DNA of 63,313 nucleotides, counting the filler, from Hyphochytrium catenoides (lineage: Eukaryota > Protista > Hyphochytriomycota), in assembly GCA_900088475.1 (NCBI GenBank). It is 12 parts of 12 records of this genome, joined end to end, with 100 filler letters (N's around TTAATTAATTAA, not from the genome) between each part and the next. Parts side by side here need not be neighbours in the genome. Positions count along the whole stretch, not along the records: positions 27,281 to 44,642 come from FLMG01002758.1; positions 44,743 to 49,818 come from FLMG01000958.1; positions 49,919 to 58,919 come from FLMG01004507.1; 9 more parts are not named here. The stretch is one strand, 5' to 3'. Position 1 is the first letter of the stretch. The number at the start of each line of letters is the position of its first letter. Shown in pieces: positions 40,223 through 51,222 of the stretch. The translations under genes were made by a program, and so were the position numbers. A model generated the notes under the pieces. The model searched no databases. It was not told where the DNA came from and was given only the letters and a program-made list of their open reading frames with translations.

Positions 40223-41956
40223 ATGATGATAAAGACAGTTGTCCGCGGAGAGAGAGACACTGGCAGAGGAAGCAGAAGAGGAGGAAGAAGCATCAGTTCC
40301 ACTTCATCCTTCTCTTCCTCACCGGCCCGGTGTCTCTTCTTCTGTCTCTCTTTTTCCATCCTCTCTCTTTCTCTCCTCCTCTCTCTCTCCTCCTCCTCCG
40401 CGCACGCCGCAGCTGCGCCGTCCGAGGAGCACCTTCAACGCCAGCTCTCCAGCCTGAAAGCTCTCTTCTCCTCTTCGAGCAGCAGCAGCAATGGAAAGGC
40501 AACACTTGCTTCTTCTTCTTCTCCTCATCGCCACTTGCAACTGAGAGGATTGGCGATGACGATGAACCGAAGACCAGCAGCAGCAGCAGCAGCTTCAGCC
40601 GTGAAAGCGAGCGTTTCTTTCCCTGTGAGACCCGTCTCGCAGGCTGTGCGGCGGTCTTCAAATCATCCGAAGACGTTGCCATCACGGCCGCGGACGGCTG
40701 TTCGTGCGACGGAGGGAGGACAAGACTCCGCCCCGTTGGCAGGAGAAGACGCCGCGTTCTATGTTGACAAGGGGAAAATGGCTCGGAACCTGTACAATAA
40801 ACTGCAAGCGACGCAGCGGGACGTGCAGAACTCGTACGGAAGGTATCGCCACAGCACGGCTGAGGATGGGGCCACAGTCCGAAGCAACGTGGTGCAGGCA
40901 GCGAGAGAGCTAGAGTCTTTAGCAGACTTGGTGAGATCCTTCCTTAGACAGAACGTCGGTCCCTTTTCCGAGCTCTTGCTAGCGCTCAAGGACCGCGCAA
41001 AGTACGTGGAAAAGGCTCTTCCGAATCACAAGAAGACCTACGAAGACTTTGAGAAGCGCTGGAAAGAGCAAGAGCCACGGCGCGCAGCTGAGCGAGCGCA
41101 GAAAATTCCTACTCCCAGTGAAGAGACGTATGCTCTTCTCAAGAAGACGATCGCGTCGCTAGACGACGGCAACATCCCATCGGCGTTGCTTCATGAGAGA
41201 CATCGCGTCGTTCAAAATCTAAAGCGCATTCTGGACCAAAGAACGGAGAACAATGGGCTTCCATCTGTGGATCAGCTCGTAGCGTTGCAAACGTTGAAGG
41301 AAGCTCTCGACCAACTCGAGAGCCTTGTTCAGGGCGAGCTTCTCGTCTTCCACGGAGCAGAAGACACGCCGGGACAGGGGCAGATCACCAACGATCTAAT
41401 GAGCGAAGCAGCTTATCGCGCTGCCCCAGGCTCCCCGGAGAAGCACAATGTTAATAAGAGACTGACGATCGATGGGAGAGCCATCTCAGTGGATTATCAC
41501 TTTGTCCCCATGTTGAACTACATTCGAACGCTGCGTCTGAAGCACGTGAGCCACATCAGAGAGCTTCGTAGCTTGATAGTGGGAGTCGCGGATGCTCCTG
41601 CTGAGATGGTGCCGGACTGGAAGGCGCTGGTGGACACGATGGAGCTCAAGGGCGCTAAGGAAACACAGCCAGCAGAAAGGGAAAGCGGCGGCAACGAGCT
41701 CCAGCAGCGGCCACCATCCGAAGAAGAAGAACGAGCAAGAGTAGAACAAGAAGCAGCAGCAGCGGCAGAAGAGGAAGCGCGGATCAATAAATGGCGAGAG
41801 ACAGTGCTGGACCAACAGAACCCAGACTGGAGAGGTATGAGCAGCCAGACGGAGGAAGCAAAAGCAGTCTCGAGCATGATCTACCAGATGTGGCACGGCG
41901 AAGATCTGCTCAAGGCGTTAAAGAATAGCCAACCAGGGATGTTCAAGGACACGTAG
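40223..41956 (+). CDS. 577-aa intronless orphan protein with N-terminal hydrophobic segment and helical/coiled body
   Basis: 1.7-kb stop-free ORF, mostly non-repetitive with protein-like composition; no family recognised; start codon uncertain. Confidence 0.75.
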   Translation: MMIKTVVRGERDTGRGSRRGGRSISSTSSFSSSPARCLFFCLSFSILSLSLLLSLSSSSAHAAAAPSEEHLQRQLSSLKALFSSSSSSSNGKATLASSSSPHRHLQLRGLAMTMNRRPAAAAAASAVKASVSFPVRPVSQAVRRSSNHPKTLPSRPRTAVRATEGGQDSAPLAGEDAAFYVDKGKMARNLYNKLQATQRDVQNSYGRYRHSTAEDGATVRSNVVQAARELESLADLVRSFLRQNVGPFSELLLALKDRAKYVEKALPNHKKTYEDFEKRWKEQEPRRAAERAQKIPTPSEETYALLKKTIASLDDGNIPSALLHERHRVVQNLKRILDQRTENNGLPSVDQLVALQTLKEALDQLESLVQGELLVFHGAEDTPGQGQITNDLMSEAAYRAAPGSPEKHNVNKRLTIDGRAISVDYHFVPMLNYIRTLRLKHVSHIRELRSLIVGVADAPAEMVPDWKALVDTMELKGAKETQPAERESGGNELQQRPPSEEEERARVEQEAAAAAEEEARINKWRETVLDQQNPDWRGMSSQTEEAKAVSSMIYQMWHGEDLLKALKNSQPGMFKDT

Positions 41957-42104
41957 CTCTGTTGCATAATCACAGCGAGAGATCTGATCACTCAGCAGCA
42001 GCAGCAGCAGCAGGAAGATCTATTGAAGTCACTGTTCGACGCGGGAGAAGAAGGCAGTAGGAAAGAAGGGAGGGCTTATAGTCAGAGAGAGAGAGAGGGA
42101 AAAG

Positions 42105-42162
<58 letters not shown>

Positions 42163-42492
42163 TCTGACGATGAGATACTGGAAAGATTATCATATAAATA
42201 GAGAAAGCCTCGTTCTTACTCTGCAACTGCAAGGAAGAGACAGCTAGCGAGGCCGCCAGACGAAGGAGAGAGAGAGCAGCAGCACCAGCGGCGAGTGAGT
42301 GGGAGACCCCAGAAGGACCAGGTCTCTCTTAGAAAGGAGTTCTTTCTCTCCTTTGCTGGGAGGTTCTTGGTCAAGCTTCCGGAGCGCGCTCTCCTTCTCT
42401 CTCTCTCGGAAGGCCGCATTGTTGCCAAGCACAGATAGAGCAGCCCACATCGTGGTCAATCAGATCTTCTGGGGAAGGCTATAGCCTCCCAT

Positions 42493-42558
<66 letters not shown>

Positions 42559-43231
42559 CTCTCTCCACTGTCTCTCTCTCTCTCCATTGTCTCTCTCGCT
42601 CTCCACTGTCTCTCTCTCTTTCTCTTTCTCTCTCTCCACTCTCTCTTTGCCTCTATCTCTCTCTCTCCACTCTCTCTCTCCCTCTCTCTCTCTCTTCACT
42701 CTCTCTCGTCTCTCCTTTCGTCACCACTGTCGCAAGTCTTTAGCTAGTGCCGAGCTTCTCTTCTTCCTGACTGGCTGGCGGTGCACATTGAAGAAGCAGG
42801 TAACTCTACTAGCCCTGGACACCGACCGAGCTGCCAACCCGGCGTTTGGAGCCTCCTCGTTTGTGCCTTGCCATTTGAAAGAACAGGCCCAGGCTAGGGC
42901 TACGTGGCTCTGCTGCTGGCTGGAGCGTTGCCTGGTGCTTACGAGCTCCAAGCTTTGCGCAAGCACCAAACAACGCTGTATCCTGGCCACATCGTTGGAG
43001 CCGCAGAGTCTGGGTCATTATCTATGGGAATATGCGAGGAAAGCTCCTGATGACGCTGCCTTCTTCTTTGGGTTTATCTCTCCTTTCGCGGCCTGGGAGC
43101 TGTCTGCTGCTTGCTGCTGCGGAGGAGGAAGAGAGGAAGAGAAGGAGCTGTAGATAGAGGACAAGGAGAGTCACAGGCTAGGCGCATTATGCAAAAGAAG
43201 AAGAGTGCAGTCCTACACTGGCTGGCCATCT

Positions 43232-43442
43232 CTTCTCTTGCCGCCATCGACCCAGCATACTCTTTCTCTCTCTGTCTTTCTCCACTCTCTCCTCTTCTCT
43301 CTCTCTCTCTTTTCTCCCCTCTCTCCCTTTAGAATACACTTCTCTCGTCGCCATCGCCCGAGCATACTCACTTCTCTCTGTCTTTCTCCTCTCTCTCCTC
43401 TTCTCTCTCTCTCTCTTTTCTCCCGTCTCTCCCTTAAAATAG
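43232..43442. repeat. ~106-bp degenerate tandem duplication
   Basis: cttctc..gccatcg.cc.agcatactc...ttt/aaaata recurs at ~43232 and ~43338. Confidence 0.7.
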
Positions 43443-44742
43443 AGCTCCACATCGTGTCTGAGCTCCGTGGCTAGCCATCAGTTGGCTCACAAGAGACCCT
43501 TTTTATCGTTAAACAAAGAAGAGAGAGACACAGAGGAAGAGAGAGAGAGCCCTCAGGCTTTATGGATGTTCAGCAGCTCTCGCAGCAGGGAAGAGAGAGG
43601 TCTATTAAAGAAGGACAGTATGTGTCTTAGTTGGTTTTCTCTTTTCTCTCTGTCTTTCTCTTGCTCTTGTCTCGCCTTCCTCTCTCTTACTCTCACCTTC
43701 TCCTTCTCTCTTTCTGACCTCTCTCTTTCTCTCTCTCTCTCTCTTTTCTCTCTGTCTTTCTTTCTCTCTCTCCCTCCAATCTCTCCTCCCTCGCGATCTC
43801 TCTCTCTCTCGCTCTCTTCTCTCGTTCTCTCTCTCTGTCGCTCTCTCTCCCTTTTTCTCTCTTCTCTTTTTATCTCCCTTGTTGATTTCTGCCACAATGG
43901 TCCCTGCTAGTGATCAAGGACTAGGAAAAGAAGGATGAACTGAGTGAGTGATGAGAGACGCGACTAGCCGCAGTTGCTCATCGCTTTGTCATGTCCAAGA
44001 AGCTGTTTTTCAGTGACGGATTATGAGACGCGAGAAAGAGAGAGAGAGAATGAAAAGAGAGAGAGAGAGAGAGAATCGCGGAGGATCAACCTCCAATAAA
44101 AAGGGTGAAAGGAGGAAGGTCAATGGAGTGCGAGGAAAGGTCAAACGTACAGAACAGAAACAACCTTCCGTCCATGACCTGGCGATCTTGAAACAAAGAG
44201 AGACAACAAGAGAGAGAAAGAAAGAGAGAGAGAGAGAAAGTGCAAAACGAGAGAAGAGAGGTGCGAGAGAGGGGAGCGACCAAAAGAGCAAAGAAGTCAG
44301 ATGCGCAGCAGTTGTCTCGTCACAGGAAGGAAAGTAAAGAAACATGTCAGAGCTTCAGGAAATTAGCGAGAGAAGAGAGCTCTGGATGAGATTTGTCCGC
44401 AGCAATAACAACCAGAGAAGAATGAGGCGGACGTAGAGCAGACTGGGGAAAGAGAGAAAGGAGAGAGCCGTGCGCTGCAGGACTAAGAGAGACACAGCAA
44501 GGAAAGAGAGCACGAAGAGCTTGGCAGAGCTGAAAAGACGAAGGACGATAGACAGAGCAGATGACCGCAACAAGCTGAAAGATACTGGAGAGAGAGAATA
44601 GGCTGAGAGAGGAAGGCAGGGACACAGAGAAGAGAGAGAGAGNNNNNNNNNNNNNNNNNNNNNNNNNNNNNNNNNNNNNNNNNNNNTTAATTAATTAANN
44701 NNNNNNNNNNNNNNNNNNNNNNNNNNNNNNNNNNNNNNNNNN

Positions 44743-46582
44743 GGCTGCTAAGGGCCGAATAATCTTTCTCGCCTCGTCCTCCGAGTACCGGGACCGGCCG
44801 ACGATCCAATCAAAGAGCTCTCCGCCGCGCAGCAGCTCCGTCACGATGTAGATGTACTTCTTTGACTCGTACACAGCCTGGGAGCAGAGAGAGAGAGAGA
44901 GAGAGTGGAGAAGAGAGGAGAGAAGAGAGAGAGAGAGGAAGGAAGAGAGAGAGAGAGAGGGAGAGAGGATGAAGGGAGGATGGAGGCATGGTAAGAGAGG
45001 GGGAGAGATAAGACACAAGCAGACGAGTTAGGCAGAGAAAGGGGGAGGGCGAGAGACAGAGCAAAAAAGAGAAGTAGAGGGAGAAACAGAGAGAAATTTT
45101 GGGGAGAGGGAGAGAGAGAGGGGGGGGGAGAAGGAGGGAGAGAGAAAGAGAGAAAGAGAAAGAGAGAGAGGTGCACCTCCATCCTAATAATGTTTGGATG
45201 GTTCACAAGCTTCAGCACTGCAATCTCTGTCCGCAGCAGCTCCTTCTCCGTCACTTCCAACTGAGACTTATCTATAATCTTCACAGCGAACTTCTCGCGA
45301 GTGATCTGCAGGGAAGAGAGAGAGAGAAAGAGAGAGAAACCGAGGGAGAAAGAGAGAGACATGGGAAGATAAGAAGCGCAACGAGAAGGTTGGCATGAAA
45401 GGAGCAACCGGAAGGGTTATGAAAGGAGCAAACGATTTCGGAACAGGGACCGCTGGCAGGAATAAGGGACAAGAGAGAGAGAGAGAGAGAGACAGAGAGA
45501 GAGAGAGAGAAAGTAGTAGAGAAAGGAAGAAAGAAAGGAAGGACTCTTGAAATGAGTAAAAAGAGAGAGAGAGAGAGCAGATTTAACAGGCATGCAAACG
45601 GCTAAGTGGAAGGCAAAGATGAAAAAAACGTAGTGTCACAGAGTGGAAGAGAGACAACACGAGGAGAAGAGAGAAGAAACCAAGGGAGAGAGAGAACTAG
45701 AGCGAGAGATGAAAGGGCAAGCGTACCTGGTGCTCGCACTCGCAGACGGTGGAGAATCTCCCTTTCCCTATCTCCTTGCCGATGGTGTACACTTCTTCTA
45801 TCGGAACCACCTTGCTCGCCTTTCTGAGCGCCGCCACCCACTCTGTCCTGTCCTGGAGGGACCTCGTATACAGAAGGCGNNNNNNNNNNNNNNNNNNNNN
45901 NNNNNNNNNNNNNNNNNNNNNNNNAGAGAGAGAGAGAGAGAGAGAGAGGGATAATGAGAGAGAGAGAGAGAGAGGGAGGGAGAGATCGAAGAATAAGTGA
46001 GAAAGAGAGAAAACGACGGAGGCAGTAGAGCAGGAGGTAGAGGAAGACCAGTAGGGAGAAGAAAGAGAATAGAACAGAAATACGTAAAAAGAAGTAGAGA
46101 GTTAGGGGAAGATATAGATGGATAGATAGATATAGACGGAGATGGAGAGAGAGAGACCCAGACAGAGAGAGAGAAGGAGAGAAAGAAGGAAGATGTACCA
46201 CACTGCCAGGACTGAAAAACTAGAAGCGAGAACTCTCGGGGACACTACGCTGCCACCGTTCTCCCCTACTATCTAACTTCAATTTTACTATTCTGCCTCT
46301 CTCTCTTCTCTTTCCGTCTCTCCGTAATCTCTCTTTCTGTCTCTCTCTCTCCTCTCTCTCTAATCTTCTTCAGTCTCCTTACCGGTCTCTTCTTCCTCCT
46401 TTGCTGCCTGTGTAGATCTCAAAGCCATAGAGACCTCTTCTCGCGTGTTCACTGTCATTTTCTATGGGCTCCACAAAGCATCCAGTCATGAAGATAACAC
46501 CGCGTGGCACCTCGTCATCTCGGGCGCTGGAAGAGAGAGAAAGGTAGAGGAAGAATGGTGTGAGGGACAAAGCTAAAGGAGA

Positions 46583-46613
<31 letters not shown>

Positions 46614-46622
46614 AGAGAGAGA

Positions 46623-46692
<70 letters not shown>

Positions 46693-47241
46693 CGAGAGCG
46701 AGAGGCAATGATAGAGAAGAGCTACGAAAAAGAATGGAAGCGAAGGGAAAGTACCTTGAGAGATAGCAATTTAAAGAATGAAAAAGACACAGTCATAACG
46801 AGAGAGAGAGAGAGGTACGACAGATAGACTGAGAATGAAGAAGGGAAGAGAAACGAAGAGAGAAAGAGAGACCGGAATAGAAAGACAGAGGAGAGAGCTA
46901 GAAAGAGAGATAGAGAGAGCGAGAAAGAGAGAGGGAACGGGGGGGACAGGAAGAAAGAGAGAGAGAAACATGGGAGAGAGAGACAGTGAGAGAGACAACG
47001 GAAGAGAGAGAGAGAAGGGTTAGATTGTCCTACCCGTAGTAGTAGAGGAAGTTCCCTTGCAGGTAATAGTAGCGCTGCTTCCACTGCCGGAGCTTGTTGC
47101 CAACCTTCCAGAGCCCGCCCTGCCGCTCGAACTGCTGCAGAGGATCCGAGGAGGGACCTAAACTGTCCAGCTGGCGGATGATCTGATATGAGAAGAGAGA
47201 GAGAGAGAGATATGAGACAAATACAAAGAAAGGGAAGTGAG

Positions 47242-47290
<49 letters not shown>

Positions 47291-47325
47291 AGAGAGAGAC
47301 GAGAAAAATGGAGAACACAGGGGAG

Positions 47326-47356
<31 letters not shown>

Positions 47357-47798
47357 GAGACAGTGAGGGGGACAGGTAGCCAGGTTCACTTCCTTCTTTC
47401 ACGGCCCCTTTCTCTCTTACTCTCTTCTGATCTCCCTCTACTCGACCCTTTTCAAACCTCTACATAAGCTTCTATCTTGCTCCAGAATGCTCTCTTCTCT
47501 CTTTTTCTCTCTCTCTCTCTCTCTCTCTTTCTCGTTCCTTTCTCCCCATCTCTCACCTGGTCTATCTTATCCCTAATGCCTGGGTAAGAGGTTCTCTGTC
47601 TCGCTTCGATGAGATATTTTCTGGTAGCTGCCTCTCCGTCCTGTTGTCCCTTTCCACCTCCTCCTGCCGCTCCTGCGGCTCCGCCTCTGTCTCCTCCACT
47701 GAGAGGCCCTCTCTCCTCTTTTAGAGAGCCCAAGCTCAATTGCCTGTGCAGGCTAGGAGGTAAAAAGCAGAAGAGAGAAAGAGACGAAAGTAGGGGGA

Positions 47799-47831
<33 letters not shown>

Positions 47832-47902
47832 GAGATGAAGGTAGGGGAGAGAGAGAGAGAGAGGGAGAGAGAGAAAGATAAAGAGGTGAAGGTAGGGGNN
47901 NN

Positions 47903-47946
<44 letters not shown>

Positions 47947-48464
47947 GAGAGAAGGAAACGCAATTGAGGGGAGCAGATTACACCGTAGAAATAGGAGAAG
48001 GGAGTGCATGTAATGCACAGGGGAGGTGGAGAGAGAGAGGAGCTCAATGAGGAGTAAGAGAAAAGAGAGACAGAGAGAGAGACAGAGCGGCAGGGAAAGA
48101 GAGAGAGAGAGAGTCACCGAGAGACGAGAATGGAAGCGGATGAACAGAGAGATCCTCACTTCTGCATCGTGTTATCTGTCGAGTTCCTTCTCCTTGAGAA
48201 GGGAAGTTTGTTCGCTCTTCTTTCCTCCATGGAAGCGGCGCTGATGAGAGACACGATCAGGAAGAGGGGATGCAGGCAAAAGACAGAAAGAGAGGTCAGC
48301 CAGGAGAGAGAGAGAAAAAAAGAGAGAGACAGAGAAACGAAGGGCAAGTAGCCACCTGTTCTGGGATTCGTCCGAGTCCTTACGCTCATCGTAGGGAAGA
48401 ACCTGATACAAAAACTGATGGAGCGGGTCAACAAAGAGAGAGAGTGTGTGAGAGAGAGACAGAC

Positions 48465-48505
<41 letters not shown>

Positions 48506-49011
48506 GAGTGAGAGAGAGAAAGAAGCATATAGAGAGATATAAGAAATAGCATACTGCCGGGAGAAGAGAGAGATGAGGTCGAGGAAGAGGAAAGGAGCCC
48601 GTGATCATGCAATCACCAACAAAAAGTCTATATATTTGAGAGAGAGAGAGAGAGAAGATAGCAGAGCTTTTGGGACGAACTGTAGCGACGACAGGAGGAG
48701 AGACAAGAGTGACGCGAGCAATGGCAATGGAGAGAGAAGAGGGAGAAAGAGGTAGGAGCGAAGAAAGACAGAGCGCAAGAGAGAGAGAGACATAGAGCAA
48801 AAAGCGACAATTGTGATCAGCAGACGAAGGAAAGAGAGGGAAGAGAAAGCTTTACCTCTGTGACATCAGGGCTTCTCTCCACCCACTTCCTGAATGACTC
48901 GAAGGGAAGACGACCGTCAGGCGTCAGTTGACTGTTGCTGAAGGCATTGTCCACCAACTGGTTGACAGAGTCCTGAGAGACGAAGAGAGAAAAAGAGAGA
49001 GACAGAGAAAA

Positions 49012-49045
<34 letters not shown>

Positions 49046-49342
49046 ATGCAGAGCATTGTTAAGAAGGGCAATGAATAGGTATTTCCGGAGACAGAAAAGC
49101 AAGAAAAGAAAAAAAAATACAGAGAGAGAGAGAGAAAAGAGAGAGAGAGAGAAAGAAGGCGGAAAAGCGAGAAAGACGAGAACCGGGCCCCAAGAGAGAG
49201 AAGCTTGTTCTGCGTACGTTCGTCCCTGCTGCCAGGCTTCCTCCCTGGCTCACTTCTTCCCTTCTTAAAATCTTTAGAGCCGAGTGAGGAACGTGGTTCA
49301 GCATCGTCCGCAGCTCCTCCTTAGATATGGAACCCTTGCTAT

Positions 49343-49377
<35 letters not shown>

Positions 49378-49769
49378 TAAACTCAGAGAGAAGAGAGGGA
49401 CGAGCAGAAGGGAAAAGAAGAGAGAGAGAGTGGATGATAATAAAGAAGTGCTAAAGGTAAATGACCAAGATGGAGGAGAGGAGAGGAGAGAGAGCTGTTG
49501 AGAAAAAGTAAAGCAAAGTCGACGAGAGAAACGAAGGCGACAGGATGCAGCAAGAGAGATTGGAAAGAGAGGAAGTGCAGAGAGAGAGACCACGAGAAAG
49601 ATAGGTGCGAGAGAAAAAGAAAGGAGATAGAAAGCGATAGACCGATAGCGACAGAAAGAGAGAAAGAAGAGGGAGAGAGAACATAAAAGAGAGGCGAAGG
49701 GGAATCAGGACTTACCCTGAAACGTCATAGATATTGAAGATAAACCCTATTTTCTCTTCCCAGGAGCCT
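44743..49769 (-). CDS. EF-hand + PH + CAMK-group kinase (CDPK7-like), internal part, >=11 exons, both ends cut by linkers
   Basis: EF loop IFNIYDVSG|KGSISKEE (49769-49716, 49338-); PH GGLWKVG..RQWKQRYYYL (47182-47034), 46526-46383, EWVAALRK; kinase IGKGRFSTV (to 45727), FAVKIIDK/HPNIIRM (45305-45177), TELLRGGELFD (44877-44743). Confidence 0.9.
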
Positions 49770-49968
49770 CTGCAGAAGAGACAGGAACACCGGAGAAGAG
49801 TGAAATTCAGAGATTAGANNNNNNNNNNNNNNNNNNNNNNNNNNNNNNNNNNNNNNNNNNNNTTAATTAATTAANNNNNNNNNNNNNNNNNNNNNNNNNN
49901 NNNNNNNNNNNNNNNNNNCGAGAGAGAGAGAGAGAGAGGGAGGGAGAGAGAGAGAGAGAGAAAGAGAA

Positions 49969-50002
<34 letters not shown>

Positions 50003-50288
50003 AAAGAGAAAAGAGAGAGAAAGGAAGACCAAACCATAAAGTGTTGGCCAGAGTAAGAGATTAAATAGCAGGAAGAGAAAGAGAGACAGAGACAAAAGGA
50101 CCGTGCGTTGGCCAAAGAGAAGAAACCACAAAAAAGAAAGAGACCCTCGGGCATACAGGCGAACAGAAGAGAGAGATTCGAGGCACAGAAAGAAGCCACG
50201 GTGGTTCTCTGCCACGCTAGCTGGACATGTACACAAGCAATGCAGCAGATCTTTTTCTAGGTAATGAGAGAAAGACACCGCGACGGGA

Positions 50289-50353
<65 letters not shown>

Positions 50354-50388
50354 AAGAAAGAGGCAGAGTCACTGGGCTCATCACTTAC

Positions 50389-50511
50389 CATTCTCCCAGA
50401 TCTAAAGTAATCTTCCATAATTTCCGCGGGAGAGCTGTTGAGGTGCCGCGGGTGGGAGAGATCCAGGAAAGGACGTGACACGACGAGATAGCCCACGACT
50501 GTCGCGAAGTA
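50389..50511 (-). CDS. ABCD3: Single internal exon of a peroxisomal ABC transporter, ABCD3/PMP70-like
   Basis: 123-nt phase-0 exon (CAG|...|GTAAGT) encoding YFATVVGYLVVSRPFLDLSHPRHLNSSPAEIMEDYFRSGRM, closely matching the PMP70 TMD segment as recalled. Confidence 0.85.
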
Positions 50512-50714
50512 CTGGAGAAACAAGGGAGGACGGGAGCAGAGAGAGAGAAGGAGAGAGAGACAGGAAGAATGGGTAAGAGAGAAAGAAAAATTGGTATAGA
50601 AAAAAGAGAAACAGAGAATTTTTGGGGAAGGGATTGAGAGGAGGTGGGTCGGAAAGAGAAAAGGAGAAGAAAAGGACAGAGAACCAGGAAAGTAGGATCC
50701 CTTAACAGGAGAGA

Positions 50715-50768
<54 letters not shown>

Positions 50769-50928
50769 GCAGAAAGCATGAGGTATAAGGGCATCTTGCA
50801 AGTGAAAGGGATGCGGAGTGCGAGAGACCCGGAATCGGAAGGGATAGGAGAGGAAGCGAGAGATGTGAGAGAAAGGACTAGTGAGACCCAGAAGGAAAGA
50901 ATAAAAAGAGGCACGAGATAAACGAGAG

Positions 50929-50966
<38 letters not shown>

Positions 50967-51222
50967 CGAGAGAGAGAGNNNNNNNNNNNNNNNNNNNNNN
51001 NNNNAAGAGAGAGAGAGAGAGAGAGAGGTAACAGAACGACTCTAACGCCTGTGTACAGAGGAAGTGATAGGGCAGTAGCAGCCAGGCAATCGTGCTTTGC
51101 ACAGAACCTATTATCAGCCACCTTACTCTTCCTTCAAGGTATAGTGTATGTTCCCACGACGGTCTCGTGGTGGTGGTATCTGCCGCCCTCCTCGTGGGAC
51201 TTTGTTTGCTGCAAGCAATGTC

